This document shows, one piece after another, positions 40,266 to 54,557 of a stretch of DNA of 64,000 nucleotides. Source of the stretch: Longimicrobiales bacterium (lineage in GTDB: Bacteria > Gemmatimonadota > Gemmatimonadetes > Longimicrobiales > Gaopeijiaceae); the NCBI GenBank assembly GCA_041690395.1, contig JAWLHJ010000002.1, positions 64,001 to 128,000 on the forward strand, given 5' to 3'. Position numbers and translations under genes: made by a program. Numbering within the stretch: the first letter of the stretch is position 1; each line of letters opens with the position of its first letter. Under the pieces are notes generated by a model, which saw only the letters and a list, made by a program, of their open reading frames with translations, had not been told where the DNA came from and ran no database searches.

Positions 40266-41303
40266 TTACCGCGACGTGGCTTCCCTGAGCCGGGCGAGTG
40301 CGTCCGCGGCCCGTCCCTCGTCGATCGCCGCCTCGGCTGCCTTCACCGCCCCGCTCCAGTCCTGGGCGAGTCCGGCCACGAGGAGCGCCGCCGCCGCGTT
40401 GAGCACGACGGCGACACGCGCCGATCCCTCGACGCCGGACAGCACCGACTCGATGGCGCGGGCGTTGTCTTCCGGCTCTCCACCCTCGAGCCCCTCCGGC
40501 CCGGCCCTCCCGAGCCCCACCGACTCGGGCGTGACGTCGTACTCCCGCACGGAGCCGTCGCGCAACTCGGCGACGCGCGTGGTCCCCATGGGGCTGAGCT
40601 CGTCGACGCCCGGTTCCCCGTGCACCACCATCGCCGAGCGGTGCCCCAGCTCCCTCAACGCGCCGGCGACCAGCGGAAGCAGCCGGGGGTCGGAGACGCC
40701 GATCACCTGTCGGGCCGCACCGGCAGGGTTCGTGAGGGGGCCGAGCAGGTTCATCGCCGTGGTGATGCCGAGCGTCCGCCGGACCGGCCCGACGTGCTTC
40801 ATCGCCGGGTGCAGGAGCGGCGCGAACATGAAGACGATGCCCACCTCTTCCAGCACCTCGCCCATCCGCTCGGGCGTGAGGTCGATCCGGACACCGAGCG
40901 CCTCCAGCACGTCGGCACTCCCGCTGCGCGACGTGAACGACCGGTTCCCGTGCTTGGCGACGCGGGCGCCGGCGCCAGCAGCCACGAGCGCGGCGGCGGT
41001 CGAGATGTTGAAGGTCGTGAGCGAGCCGCCGCCGGTTCCCGCGGTGTCGATCAGCGTGGACGGATCGCTCGACGCCACGGGCACCATCGCCTTGCGAAGC
41101 GCGCGGACGCCGCCCGCAACCTCCGCCGCCGAGAGGCCCTTCGTCCGGAGGCCCATGAGGAAGGCGGCGATCTCGGCCTCGGTCGCCTCGCCGAGCATGA
41201 TCCGGTCGAAGGCGGCCTCGGCCTGCCCGGCAGTCAGGTCTACACCCTCGGCGACCTGCTCCAGGAGGGTCGGGAAGTGGACGGAGGGGGTGGCGTCGGG
41301 CAC
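40266..41303 (-). CDS. trpD: Anthranilate phosphoribosyltransferase
   Basis: DTAGTGG, FNIST, KHGNRS, GSADVLEALG, GPLTNP, DE. Confidence 0.96.
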   Translation of the reverse strand: MPDATPSVHFPTLLEQVAEGVDLTAGQAEAAFDRIMLGEATEAEIAAFLMGLRTKGLSAAEVAGGVRALRKAMVPVASSDPSTLIDTAGTGGGSLTTFNISTAAALVAAGAGARVAKHGNRSFTSRSGSADVLEALGVRIDLTPERMGEVLEEVGIVFMFAPLLHPAMKHVGPVRRTLGITTAMNLLGPLTNPAGAARQVIGVSDPRLLPLVAGALRELGHRSAMVVHGEPGVDELSPMGTTRVAELRDGSVREYDVTPESVGLGRAGPEGLEGGEPEDNARAIESVLSGVEGSARVAVVLNAAAALLVAGLAQDWSGAVKAAEAAIDEGRAADALARLREATSR

Positions 41304-41345
41304 GCTGGGCGCTCCTCGGGTGTCATGAATGGCTCGAAGCCCGGA

Positions 41346-41375
41346 AGGCTAATAGTGACGCGGCTTTGCGGTCAA
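41346..41375 (-). promoter_or_regulatory. Putative sigma70 promoter of trpD
   Basis: TTGACC-N18-TAGCCT on the minus strand. Confidence 0.4.
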
Positions 41376-41395
41376 TCTCGAGCCGCTTCGGTCGC

Positions 41396-41423
41396 TTGAC
41401 ATGCCCCGCCTCCCGCCTACCTT
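41396..41423 (+). promoter_or_regulatory. Putative sigma70 promoter of the truA-fsa-htrA-pur run
   Basis: TTGACA-N16-TACCTT ending 6 nt before the truA GTG. Confidence 0.5.
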
Positions 41424-41429
41424 TCCGCA

Positions 41430-42236
41430 GTGGATCCCTCCGACACGACGCGGCTCAAGCTCACCGTGCATTACGACGGTTCGGCCTTTCACGGCTGGCA
41501 GTACCAACCCGATCAGCGCACGGTCCAGGGTGAGCTCGAGGCCACCCTCACCCGACTTGCGAACAGCCCGCGCGTCGCGGTGGGCTCCGGCCGAACCGAC
41601 ACCGGAGTTCACGCCACTGGACAGGTCGTCTCCGTGGACATGCCGGCACGCTGGGACCCGCCCGCGCTTCGCAAGGCGCTCAACGCGACCCTCCCCCGCG
41701 ACATCTGGATCGAGGACGTGGACGAAGCACCGCCGGGCTTCCATCCACGGTTCGACGCGGTCGCACGCACCTACCGCTACGACGTCGGCACGGACGCGCT
41801 CGCGGGCTCGCCGTTCCATCGACGGTGGTGCTGGGCGCTCGGCGAGCCTCTCGACCACGGCGTGTTGCGCCGGCTCGCGGAGGCCCTTCCGGGGACCCAC
41901 TCGTTCCGGTCGTTCTCGAAGAGCGGGCAACCGGAGCGCGGATACGACTGCAGGGTGGAGCACACGTCGTGGTCTCCATGGGAGCTCGGCTTTCGCTTCG
42001 AGATCACCGCGAACCGCTACCTCCACCACATGGTTCGATACCTCGTGGGAACGATGATCGACATCGGTCGCGGCAAGCGGCCCGAGCAGGACCTCAGAGC
42101 CCTACTGGAAGGCGATCCCGACCTCGTCACCTCCCCTCCCGCGCCACCCGAGGGGCTCTTCCTTACGCTAGTGGAGTATCCATCCGGCTCCCCCACCGCG
42201 GCCGAGCCGACAACCCGGAGCGACATCGAAGCATGA
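41430..42236 (+). CDS. truA: tRNA pseudouridine(38-40) synthase
   Basis: YDGSAFHGWQ, GRTDTGVHA, HMVRYLVG, APPEGLFL. Confidence 0.95.
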   Translation: MDPSDTTRLKLTVHYDGSAFHGWQYQPDQRTVQGELEATLTRLANSPRVAVGSGRTDTGVHATGQVVSVDMPARWDPPALRKALNATLPRDIWIEDVDEAPPGFHPRFDAVARTYRYDVGTDALAGSPFHRRWCWALGEPLDHGVLRRLAEALPGTHSFRSFSKSGQPERGYDCRVEHTSWSPWELGFRFEITANRYLHHMVRYLVGTMIDIGRGKRPEQDLRALLEGDPDLVTSPPAPPEGLFLTLVEYPSGSPTAAEPTTRSDIEA

Positions 42237-42889
42237 AGATCTTCCTCGACACAGCCGACCTGAACGAGATTCGCCGTGCCGCCGACGCCAACCTGATCGA
42301 CGGCGTGACGACCAACCCCTCCCTCGTGTCGAAGATCGCGGGCGACCGTGACCCCAAGGAGATCTACCTCGAGATCTGCGAGGCGGTCTCGGGACCGGTC
42401 AGCCTCGAGGTCGTAGGGGTGGACCGCGAGACGATGGTCGCCGAGGGGAAGAAGCTGGCCGCCATCCACGAGAACGCCGTGGTCAAGGTGCCGCTCACGG
42501 AGGACGGGCTGAAAGCGTGCCGCGACCTCGTGAACGCCGGGCACCGGGTCAACGTCACCCTCTGCTTCTCGGTCTCCCAGGCGCTGCTCGCGGCCAAGGC
42601 GGGGGCGACCTACATCTCGCCGTTCGTCGGGCGCATCGACGACATCTCCGGAGAGGGGATGGCGCTGATCCACCAGATCCGTCAGGTGTACGACAACTAC
42701 GGGTTCGACACGGAGATCCTGGCGGCTTCGCTCCGCCATCCCACGCACGTGGTGGAATGCATGCTCATCGGCGCCGACTGCTGCACGCTGCCGCCGAAGG
42801 TGCTCTGGCAGCTCGGAAAGCATCCGCTGACCGACAAGGGGCTCGAGGGCTTCCTTGCAGACTGGGACAAGCTGGACGCGAAGCTCTGA
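42233..42889 (+). CDS. fsa: Fructose-6-phosphate aldolase/transaldolase (FSA/TalC family)
   Basis: MKIFLDTA, GVTTNPSL, VVKVP, NVTLCFS, SPFVGRIDD, AASLR. Confidence 0.9.
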   Translation: MKIFLDTADLNEIRRAADANLIDGVTTNPSLVSKIAGDRDPKEIYLEICEAVSGPVSLEVVGVDRETMVAEGKKLAAIHENAVVKVPLTEDGLKACRDLVNAGHRVNVTLCFSVSQALLAAKAGATYISPFVGRIDDISGEGMALIHQIRQVYDNYGFDTEILAASLRHPTHVVECMLIGADCCTLPPKVLWQLGKHPLTDKGLEGFLADWDKLDAKL

Positions 42890-42926
42890 GACACGAGACC
42901 GCGCGCGTGACGAAGGAGGAATCGAC

Positions 42927-44333
42927 ATGAACCGGTGGATGCTGAGGTCGTTGGCGGCCCTGACGGTCTGGGGGGCGGCCGCATGCGGTTCCGCGGACGC
43001 CCTGGACGCGGCGCAGTCGGCGCCCTCCGACCCGTCGGCCCAGCGCACCCAGGTCCTGGACCAGACCCGGGCCACCGCCATCGTGCGGGCCGCCGACCGC
43101 GTCGCTCCGGCGGTCGTGAGCATCAGCGTCATCCGCACCCAGCGTGTGCAGGCCCGGAGCGCCTGGGAGAGCTTCTTCCTGCCGCCGAACGCCCAGCGGC
43201 GGAGTGCCGGCTTCGGTTCCGGGGTCATCGTGCGGCCCGAAGGGATCGTGCTCACCAACGACCACGTCATCCGGGACGCCTCGAGGATCCAGGTCTCACT
43301 CGCGGACGGGCGTGACTTCGAGGCCGAGCTCGTGGGCACCGACCCGGTGGCCGACATCGCGGTTCTCCGCATCGACGGGAGCGACCTTCCCGTCGCGCCC
43401 GTCGGCACGGTGAGTGGACTGATGATCGGCGAGTGGGCCATCGCCATCGGGAATCCCCTGGGGAACTACGCCGCCGACGTCGAGCCGACCGTGACGGCCG
43501 GGGTGGTGTCGGCGGTCAACCGGAACATCACGCCCTCGTCGGACGGCCAGGGCTTCTACTTCGGCATGATCCAGACCGACGCCTCCATCAATCCCGGCAA
43601 CTCCGGCGGGCCGCTCGTGAACGCGCTCGGCGAGATCATCGGCATCAACGCGTCGATCATCTCGCGGAGCGGCGGGAGCGAAGGGCTCGGTTTCGCGATC
43701 CCGATCGACCGGGCCATGCGTATCGCCGACGACCTGGTCCGCTTCGGCGAGATCCGGCGGGCGTGGGTCGGGCTCGACGTGGAGCCCGTCGAAGCAGACG
43801 CCTGGGGCCGCACGCGTGGCGTGCGGGTCAGCCGGGTCGCCCCGGGTTCGCCGGCCGACCGGGCCGCTCTCGAGGTCGGCGACCGCCTGCTCGAGGCCAA
43901 CGGCCGGGTGCTCGCCGGCCCCCTGGACTTCGAAGGGCTGATCATGGATCTCCGCGAGGGAGACCGGCTCGAGCTCTCCCTGGAGGGTCAGCGCCGGGCC
44001 ATCGTCCTGGAGGCGGTGGCCTTCCCGTCCGTAACCGCGGAGCGGGTGCGGGTGCTGAGCGACATCGAGCTGATCACGGTCACCCCGCAGATCCAGGTCG
44101 AGCGAAACCTTACGAGCGCGGACGGCGCGCTCATCGCCGACATTTCGAGCGAGTTGCAGAGCCAGCTCGGGCTCGGGCCCGGCGACGTGATCGTGCAGAT
44201 CAACCGCATGCGGATCCGAAGCGCCGAGGACGCGGCGACCGCCTTCGAGTCCCTGCGTGGGACCGGCCGCATCGTCATGTATTTCGAGCGGAACGGTGAC
44301 TACAACATGCGCAACTTCTACTGGAGTCGATGA
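42927..44333 (+). CDS. HtrA/DegQ-family serine protease with two PDZ domains (probable lipoprotein)
   Basis: AAAC lipobox-like signal; GSGVI, TNDHV, DIAVL, QTDASINPGNSGGPL; AAGGAGG RBS. Confidence 0.9.
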   Translation: MNRWMLRSLAALTVWGAAACGSADALDAAQSAPSDPSAQRTQVLDQTRATAIVRAADRVAPAVVSISVIRTQRVQARSAWESFFLPPNAQRRSAGFGSGVIVRPEGIVLTNDHVIRDASRIQVSLADGRDFEAELVGTDPVADIAVLRIDGSDLPVAPVGTVSGLMIGEWAIAIGNPLGNYAADVEPTVTAGVVSAVNRNITPSSDGQGFYFGMIQTDASINPGNSGGPLVNALGEIIGINASIISRSGGSEGLGFAIPIDRAMRIADDLVRFGEIRRAWVGLDVEPVEADAWGRTRGVRVSRVAPGSPADRAALEVGDRLLEANGRVLAGPLDFEGLIMDLREGDRLELSLEGQRRAIVLEAVAFPSVTAERVRVLSDIELITVTPQIQVERNLTSADGALIADISSELQSQLGLGPGDVIVQINRMRIRSAEDAATAFESLRGTGRIVMYFERNGDYNMRNFYWSR

Positions 44334-45782
44334 GTGAGCCCCGGGACCCCCGACAGCTACGTCCACCCGCTCTCCGACCGATACGCGTCGCGCGAGATGC
44401 AGGAGATCTTCTCGCCCGCCAGGCGCTTCGGAACGTGGCGGCGTCTATGGCTCGCGCTCGCCGAATCGGAGGCCGAGCTCGGGCTCGACATCTCGGCCGA
44501 GGCACTCGAGCAGATGCGCGCCCATCTCGACGACATCGACCTCGAAGCCGCCGCCGAGTACGAGCGGCGGTTCCGCCACGACGTCATGGCGCACGTCCAC
44601 CTCTTCGGTGATGCCGCGCCGGCCGCCCGCGGGATCATCCACCTCGGGGCCACGAGCGCGTTCATCGGCGACAACACCGACCTGATCCTGTCCCGCGAGG
44701 CCCTCCGGCTCGTCCGCACCCGCCTCGTGCGGTGCGTGACCGCCCTCGCCGGCTTCGCGCGTGAGCACGCCCGCCTCGCAACGCTCGGCTACACGCACTT
44801 CCAGCCGGCGCAGCCCACGACCGTCGGAAAGCGCGCGACGCTGTGGATCCAGGACCTCCTCCTGGACATCGAGGAGCTCGACCACCGGATCGGCGTCCTC
44901 CGCTCGCGCGGGGTCCGCGGGACGACCGGCACGCAGGCGTCGTTCCTCGAGCTCTTCGGAGGCGACCACGACAAGGTCGACCGCCTCGACGAGGCCGTCG
45001 GACGCAAGATGGGCTTCGAGCAGACCTATCCGGTGAGCGGGCAGACCTACCCGCGCAAGGTCGACTACGCCGTCCAGGCCTCCCTGGCGGGCGTCGCGGC
45101 GTCGGTCTCCAAGATCGGGCACGACCTGCGGCTCCTGGCCCACCTCCGCGAGGTGGAGGAGCCGTTCGAGTCCGAGCAGATCGGCTCCTCCGCGATGCCG
45201 TACAAGCGGAACCCGATGCGCGCCGAGCGCATCTGCGCGCTGACACGGCACGTGATCGTTTTGGCCCAGGATCCGGCGTTCACCGCGGCGACGCAGTGGC
45301 TCGAACGCACGCTCGACGACTCGGCGAACCGCCGCGTGTCCACGCCCGACGCCTTTCTGGCCCTGGACGGCGCCCTGGTTCTCCTCGAGAACGTCGCGCG
45401 CGGGCTGATCGTGAACCCCGAGGTCGTGCGACGTAATCTGGCGGAGCACCTCCCGTTCATGGCGACCGAGACCATCCTGATGCACGCGGTGCGGCGAGGC
45501 GGGGACCGGCAGGAGCTGCACGAGCGGATCCGGAAGCACTCCATGGCGGCGGCGCGTCGCATGAAGGACGAGGGCGCGGACGCCGACCTCCTGGAGCGCA
45601 TCGCCGGCGACGACGCCTTCGGCCTCTCGGCCGGAGAGCTGGCCGAGCTGGTCGACCCCATGCGCTTCGTCGGGCGCGCTCCCGAGCAGGTCGAGCGCTT
45701 CCTGGAGCGCGACGTGGCACCCGTCCTGGAGCGGCTCGGGGACGCCGCCGACGCGGTGGCCGATCCCGAGATCCATGTCTGA
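44334..45782 (+). CDS. purB: Adenylosuccinate lyase
   Basis: RHDVMAH, HLGATS, THFQPAQ, SSAMPYKRNP. Confidence 0.96.
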   Translation: MSPGTPDSYVHPLSDRYASREMQEIFSPARRFGTWRRLWLALAESEAELGLDISAEALEQMRAHLDDIDLEAAAEYERRFRHDVMAHVHLFGDAAPAARGIIHLGATSAFIGDNTDLILSREALRLVRTRLVRCVTALAGFAREHARLATLGYTHFQPAQPTTVGKRATLWIQDLLLDIEELDHRIGVLRSRGVRGTTGTQASFLELFGGDHDKVDRLDEAVGRKMGFEQTYPVSGQTYPRKVDYAVQASLAGVAASVSKIGHDLRLLAHLREVEEPFESEQIGSSAMPYKRNPMRAERICALTRHVIVLAQDPAFTAATQWLERTLDDSANRRVSTPDAFLALDGALVLLENVARGLIVNPEVVRRNLAEHLPFMATETILMHAVRRGGDRQELHERIRKHSMAAARRMKDEGADADLLERIAGDDAFGLSAGELAELVDPMRFVGRAPEQVERFLERDVAPVLERLGDAADAVADPEIHV

Positions 45783-46737
45783 CGGCCCGGGAGGCGCGGC
45801 GACGCCGCTCAAGGAGTCCCGCCTGGACCTTCCCCTGCTCCACCGGGGCAAGGTGCGCGACGTCTACGAGGTCGACGACGAGACGCTCCTGATGGTCGCG
45901 AGCGACCGGGTCAGCGCGTTCGACGTGGTCATGCGGCAGCCGGTCCCACGGAAGGGGGAGGTGCTGACGCTGATCACCGCATGGTGGCTCGAGCAGCTCG
46001 AGCACATCGTGCCCCACCACCTCATCGCCGTCGATCCCGACCGCATCGTCGCCCGGCATCCGCGGCTGGCGAAGACGCGGGACCAGTGGGCCCGTCGAGC
46101 CATGCTCGTCCACCGGACGGATCCCGTGCTCGTCGAGTGCGTGGTGCGTGGCTACATCTCGGGCTCGGCCTGGAAGGAGTACGAGCGTGACGGAACGCTC
46201 GCGGGCGAGCCGCTCCGGGAGGGCCTCCGCGAGAGCGACCGCCTCGACCCGCCGGTCTTCTCTCCGGCGACGAAGGCCCAGGAAGGGCACGACGAGAACA
46301 TCGACTTCGGAAGCATGTGCGAGATCGTGGGAAGCGAGCCGGCGACCCACCTGCGGGACCTCTCGCTCGAGATCTACGCCTACGGCCGTGACGTGGCCGC
46401 CAAGCACGGGATCATCCTGGCCGACACCAAGTTCGAGTTCGGCCGCGACCCATGGGGCAACCTCATCATCATCGACGAGGTCATGACCCCGGACTCCTCG
46501 CGATTCTGGCCCGAGGAGCACTATGCGGTCGGTCGCGGACAACCCTCGCTCGACAAGCAGCCCATCCGCGACTGGCTCGACGCCCTGGACGGTTGGGACA
46601 AGACGCCGCCGCCGCCGGACCTTCCCCCGGACGTCGTGAGCGCCGCCTCGGAGCGGTACCGCCACGTCTTCGAGCGGCTGGTCGGGGTGAGCCTCGACGA
46701 CTACCCGCTGCCGTTGTTCGGGGACGACCGGACATGA
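45775..46737 (+). CDS. purC: SAICAR synthetase
   Basis: GKVRDVY, SDRVSAFD, ECVVRGY, DTKFEFG, TPDSSRFW, DKQ. Confidence 0.96.
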   Translation: MSDGPGGAATPLKESRLDLPLLHRGKVRDVYEVDDETLLMVASDRVSAFDVVMRQPVPRKGEVLTLITAWWLEQLEHIVPHHLIAVDPDRIVARHPRLAKTRDQWARRAMLVHRTDPVLVECVVRGYISGSAWKEYERDGTLAGEPLREGLRESDRLDPPVFSPATKAQEGHDENIDFGSMCEIVGSEPATHLRDLSLEIYAYGRDVAAKHGIILADTKFEFGRDPWGNLIIIDEVMTPDSSRFWPEEHYAVGRGQPSLDKQPIRDWLDALDGWDKTPPPPDLPPDVVSAASERYRHVFERLVGVSLDDYPLPLFGDDRT

Positions 46738-47657
46738 TGCCGCGCCCGCCCCGGCGAGAGACGCTCCAGCGGGGAGTCATCATCCTCCCGTCCGCGTTCA
46801 CGCTCGGCAACCTCTTCTTCGGGATCTACGCGCTGGTCGCGGCGTCGCGGGGGGACTTCGTCTGGGCGGGGTGGTTCATCGTCTTCGCCGCCACGCTGGA
46901 CATGCTCGACGGAAGCGTGGCGCGCTTCACCCGCACCGGCTCGAAGTTCGGCGCGGAGCTGGACTCGCTCGTCGACGCGATCTCGTTCGGGGTGGCGCCC
47001 GGCTTCATCATGTACCAGCTCTTCTTCGCCGACACGCAGTGGAGCTGGATCCTCTCGTTCGTCTATATCACGGCGGTGGTGGTACGCCTCGCCCGCTTCA
47101 ACGTCGAGCAGGGCGGCGAGGCCAAGCGCATCTTCCACGGCCTCCCCTCCCCCGCGGCGGGCGTGACGGTCGCGTCGTTCTATCCGTTCAGCCAGACCCC
47201 TTGGTTCCAGGCGAACCTGGCCCATCTTCCCTGGCAGCAGATCATGGGCGTGGGGCTGGTGCTCATCGGCGTGCTCATGGTGAGCCACGTGCCGTACACG
47301 AAGTTCCCGAAGATCGGGCTCCGGTCGGTGCGGGGAGTCACCATGACCGTCGTCGTGCTCGGCGCGCTGTTCGCCGCGCTCGCCGTCCCACGCTACTACT
47401 TTTTCCCTGCGGGCCTGCTCTACATCACCTGGGCGCTGGTCCGCTCGGTGCTCCTCGGGCTCCTCGACCGCCTCCCGGGCGGGGACCCGCTCCTCGACGA
47501 CGAGGATGGCGAAGACGAAGGGACCCGGGGGCGCAGCGTCGACTATCGGGACCTGGGTCCGGGCAGCCGCCGCCGGCACGTCGAAGAGGACGACGGCCAC
47601 GACATCGACATCGACATCCAACGCGAAGCCGACATCGGTCGGGAGGACCCGCTTTGA
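46734..47657 (+). CDS. pssA: CDP-diacylglycerol--serine O-phosphatidyltransferase (CDP-alcohol phosphotransferase family)
   Basis: [49 protein letters not shown]. Confidence 0.85.
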   Translation: MMPRPPRRETLQRGVIILPSAFTLGNLFFGIYALVAASRGDFVWAGWFIVFAATLDMLDGSVARFTRTGSKFGAELDSLVDAISFGVAPGFIMYQLFFADTQWSWILSFVYITAVVVRLARFNVEQGGEAKRIFHGLPSPAAGVTVASFYPFSQTPWFQANLAHLPWQQIMGVGLVLIGVLMVSHVPYTKFPKIGLRSVRGVTMTVVVLGALFAALAVPRYYFFPAGLLYITWALVRSVLLGLLDRLPGGDPLLDDEDGEDEGTRGRSVDYRDLGPGSRRRHVEEDDGHDIDIDIQREADIGREDPL

Positions 47658-47926
47658 GCCGCTACAGACTGGAAGTACTCGTGACCCCGAGGCCCGGCCT
47701 GCTCGATCCGCAGGGCAAGGCCGTCCACCACGCCCTCAACTCGCTCGGATGGGACGAGGTGTCCGACGTGCACGTCGGGAAGGCCATCCACATCGACGTC
47801 TCCGCCGCGTCCGAGACGGAGGCGATGGAGAAGGTCGACGCCATGTGCCGGAAGCTCCTTGCCAACCCGGTGACCGAGAACTACGAGGTGTCGGTGGTCG
47901 AGGCGCTGGAGGGCGCGGCCTCATGA
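47654..47926 (+). CDS. purS: FGAM synthase subunit PurS
   Basis: TTG start; [24 protein letters not shown]. Confidence 0.92.
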   Translation: MSRYRLEVLVTPRPGLLDPQGKAVHHALNSLGWDEVSDVHVGKAIHIDVSAASETEAMEKVDAMCRKLLANPVTENYEVSVVEALEGAAS

Positions 47927-48621
47927 AAGTCGCCGTGGTCACCTTCCCCGGCTCGAACTGCGACTACGACCTCTACAAGGCCGTCCAACAGGTGGACGGA
48001 TCGCCCGAGTTCGTGTGGCACCGGGACCGTGGGCTCGCCGCCTACGACGCCGTCCTGCTGCCGGGCGGCTTCTCCTACGGCGACTACCTCCGCCCGGGCG
48101 CCATCGCGCGCATGAGTCCGATCATGGACGACGTGATCGACTTCGCGAAGAAGGGCGGGCCGGTGCTCGGTATCTGCAACGGATTCCAGGTGCTGTGCGA
48201 GGCCGGGCTCCTTCCGGGCGCGCTCGTCCGGAACGCGGCGATCCGCTTCCGGAGCCACGATGTCTTCCTCCGCGTGGAGCGGACGGACACACCGTTCACG
48301 TCGGCGTACACCGACGGCCAGGTGCTCCGGATCCCCATCGCGCACGGCGACGGGAACTACGAAGCCGACGAGGAGACGCTGGCCCGCCTGGAAGCGGACC
48401 GCAGGGTTGTCTTCCGCTACACGGACGCGGGGGGCGAGACGACCGAGGCTTCCAACCCGAACGGGTCCCACGCGAACATCGCCGGAATCATCAACGAGCA
48501 GGGGAACGTGCTGGGTATGATGCCACACCCCGAGCGGGCGATGGAACCGGTCCTCGGGTCGACGGACGGAGTGGGCGTCTTCACTTCGCTCGTCGCGAGC
48601 CTTTCGGGCGCGGCCGGCTGA
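47923..48621 (+). CDS. purQ: FGAM synthase glutaminase subunit PurQ
   Basis: [32 protein letters not shown]. Confidence 0.96.
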   Translation: MKVAVVTFPGSNCDYDLYKAVQQVDGSPEFVWHRDRGLAAYDAVLLPGGFSYGDYLRPGAIARMSPIMDDVIDFAKKGGPVLGICNGFQVLCEAGLLPGALVRNAAIRFRSHDVFLRVERTDTPFTSAYTDGQVLRIPIAHGDGNYEADEETLARLEADRRVVFRYTDAGGETTEASNPNGSHANIAGIINEQGNVLGMMPHPERAMEPVLGSTDGVGVFTSLVASLSGAAG

Positions 48622-48675
48622 GCCGGCCCGACACGATCTGGAGAACGACACGTCTTGAGCAAGGGTAACGATACG

Positions 48676-50970
<2,295 letters not shown>

Positions 50971-50976
50971 AGTACC

Positions 50977-52412
<1,436 letters not shown>

Positions 52413-52416
<4 letters not shown>

Positions 52417-53408
52417 CGGCCACCGGGCCGTCCGACGCCCGGCTGCACGAGCTTCCCAAGGCCGAGCTGCACGTCCACCTGGACGGGTCGCTACGGCCCT
52501 CGACCATGATCGAGCTGGCGTCCGAGCGTGGCGTCCAGCTCCCCGCTTCCGACGCCGATGAGCTCGAGCGCCGTCTCGTCGCCGACGACGCGCGCAGCCT
52601 GGAGGACTACCTCTCGGCGTTCGAGGTCACGGTCTCGGTCATGCAGGATGCACCGGCCCTCGAGCGACTCGCCTACGAGCTCGCCGAGGATCAGGCGGCC
52701 GAGCACGTGCGTTACGCCGAGATCCGCTTCTGTCCGCTCCTGAACACGCAGGGTGGGCTCGTCCCGGACGAAGTGCTCACGGCCGTTCTCGCAGGGCTGG
52801 AGCGCGCGAGAGACCGGCTGGGCATCCACTCCCGCGTCATCGTGTGCGCGCTCCGGAACCTCCCGCCCTCATCGTCCGTCGAGTTGGCGGAGCTCGCCGT
52901 GTCGATGAAGGACCGCGGCGTGTGCGGCCTCGACCTGGCCGGACCGGAAGCCGGGCACCCGGTCCGGCCGCACGCGGAGGCGTTCGAGCTCGCCCGGCGG
53001 CACGGGCTCCCCGTGACCATCCACGCCGGCGAAGCCGCCGGGGCGGAGTCGATCCGGGAAGCCCTCGACGTGGGCCACGCGAGCCGCATCGGGCACGGCA
53101 CGCGGCTCTGGGAGGACCCGGAGCTGGCGCGGCGCGTGCTCGACGAGGGCGTCACCCTGGAGATATGCCTGACCTCGAACGTGCAGACGCGGGCGGTCGC
53201 GGCGTACGAGGCGCACCCGCTCCGGCGGTATTACGACCTCGGCCTACCGGTCGCACTGTGCACGGACAACCGGCTGGTGTCCGGGGTCACGCTCACCGGG
53301 GAGTACGCCCGGGCCCGCGACGCCCTCGACTTCTCGTGGGACGAGCTGTCCGAGATCGCCGCGACCGGCTTTCAACGCGCGTTCGGCCCCACGGACGAGG
53401 GGCCGTAG
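52413..53408 (+). CDS. add: Adenosine deaminase
   Basis: PKAELHVHLDG, TIHAGE, RIGHG, CLTSN, TDN; TTG start overlaps the purF stop. Confidence 0.9.
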
Positions 53409-53484
53409 CGGGCGAACCGGAAATGTGGCGGCCCGACTCGGGCGGACCGGAACTGGCGCCCCCGGCAGCCGGGCTCGCCGCCTG

Positions 53485-54495
53485 TCAGCCTTCCAGGTCC
53501 TCGCGCAGATAGCGCTCCGCAAGGTCGACGAACTCCGACGATCCGACGTAGAGCGGAGTCTTCTGGTGCAACGAGGTGGGCTCGATGCCCGAGATGTCGT
53601 TGCATCCGTCGGTCGCCCGACCACCCGCCTGCTCGGCGATCATGGCCATCGGCGCGGCCTCGTAGAGGAGGCGCAGCTTGCCGTCCGGCTTCTCGCGCTC
53701 TCCCGGGTACATGAAGATGCCGCCCTGCAGCAGGGTCCTGTGCACGTCCGAGACGAGAGAGCCGATGTAGCGGGACCCGAAGCCGCCGTCGGTCTTCATG
53801 TGGCTGACGAGCTTCTGCTGACCGCGCGCCCAACGGTGATAGTAGGCCTCGTTCACCGAGTAGACCTTCCGCGGTGGGTCGGGAAAGCACATCCGGGGAT
53901 GGCTGAGCAGGAATTCCCCGATCGACGGGTCCAGCGTGAAGCCGTGCACGCCCGCGCCGCTCGTGTAGACGAGCATGGTGGACGAGCCGTAGAGCACGTA
54001 TCCCGCGGCCACCTGGCGCGACCCGGGCTGCAGGCAGTCGTCGAGTGTTCCCCTTTCGCCCTTCGTGATCTTCCGGTGGATGCTGAAGATCGTCCCGATC
54101 GAGACGTTCACGTCGATGTTCGAGGATCCGTCGAGCGGGTCGAAGATCACGACGTAGTCGCCGGCCGGGAACTTGTCGGGGATCGGGATGAACGTTTCGT
54201 TCTCCTCCGAGGCCATGCACGCGACCAGCCCGGTATGGTCGAGGGCCCGGTACATGACCTGGTTGGCGAAGACGTCGAGCTTCTGCACCGTCTCGCCGTG
54301 CACGTTCTCGTTCCCGGCGGCACCCAGGATGTCGACCAGCCCGGCCTTGTTGACCTCTCGTGCGATCATCTTGGCCGCGAGCGCGATGTCGTGGAGCAGA
54401 TTCGTGAACTTGCCGGTCGCGTCGGGATGCTGCCGCTCCTGCTCGATCAGGAAACGGGAGATCGTGAACACGTGGCTGTCGGGCATCGTCGCCAT
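53485..54495 (-). CDS. fbp: Fructose-1,6-bisphosphatase class 1
   Basis: [27 protein letters not shown]. Confidence 0.96.
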   Translation of the reverse strand: MATMPDSHVFTISRFLIEQERQHPDATGKFTNLLHDIALAAKMIAREVNKAGLVDILGAAGNENVHGETVQKLDVFANQVMYRALDHTGLVACMASEENETFIPIPDKFPAGDYVVIFDPLDGSSNIDVNVSIGTIFSIHRKITKGERGTLDDCLQPGSRQVAAGYVLYGSSTMLVYTSGAGVHGFTLDPSIGEFLLSHPRMCFPDPPRKVYSVNEAYYHRWARGQQKLVSHMKTDGGFGSRYIGSLVSDVHRTLLQGGIFMYPGEREKPDGKLRLLYEAAPMAMIAEQAGGRATDGCNDISGIEPTSLHQKTPLYVGSSEFVDLAERYLREDLEG

Positions 54496-54528
54496 CGTTC
54501 TCTACGGCTGGGGGAAAGGAGGCAGACG

Positions 54529-54557
54529 ACGATAGGGATGGCCGGGGGGGCGGTCAA
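54529..54557 (-). promoter_or_regulatory. Putative sigma70 promoter of fbp
   Basis: TTGACC-N17-TATCGT on the minus strand, 33 nt upstream of the ATG. Confidence 0.5.

Noticed and set aside
53409..53463. Imperfect 30-bp-period direct repeat (CGGGCG.ACCGGAA..TGGCG) between convergent add and fbp
   Set aside because: Only two degenerate copies, no spacers and no cas genes; not a CRISPR array and no function can be supported.
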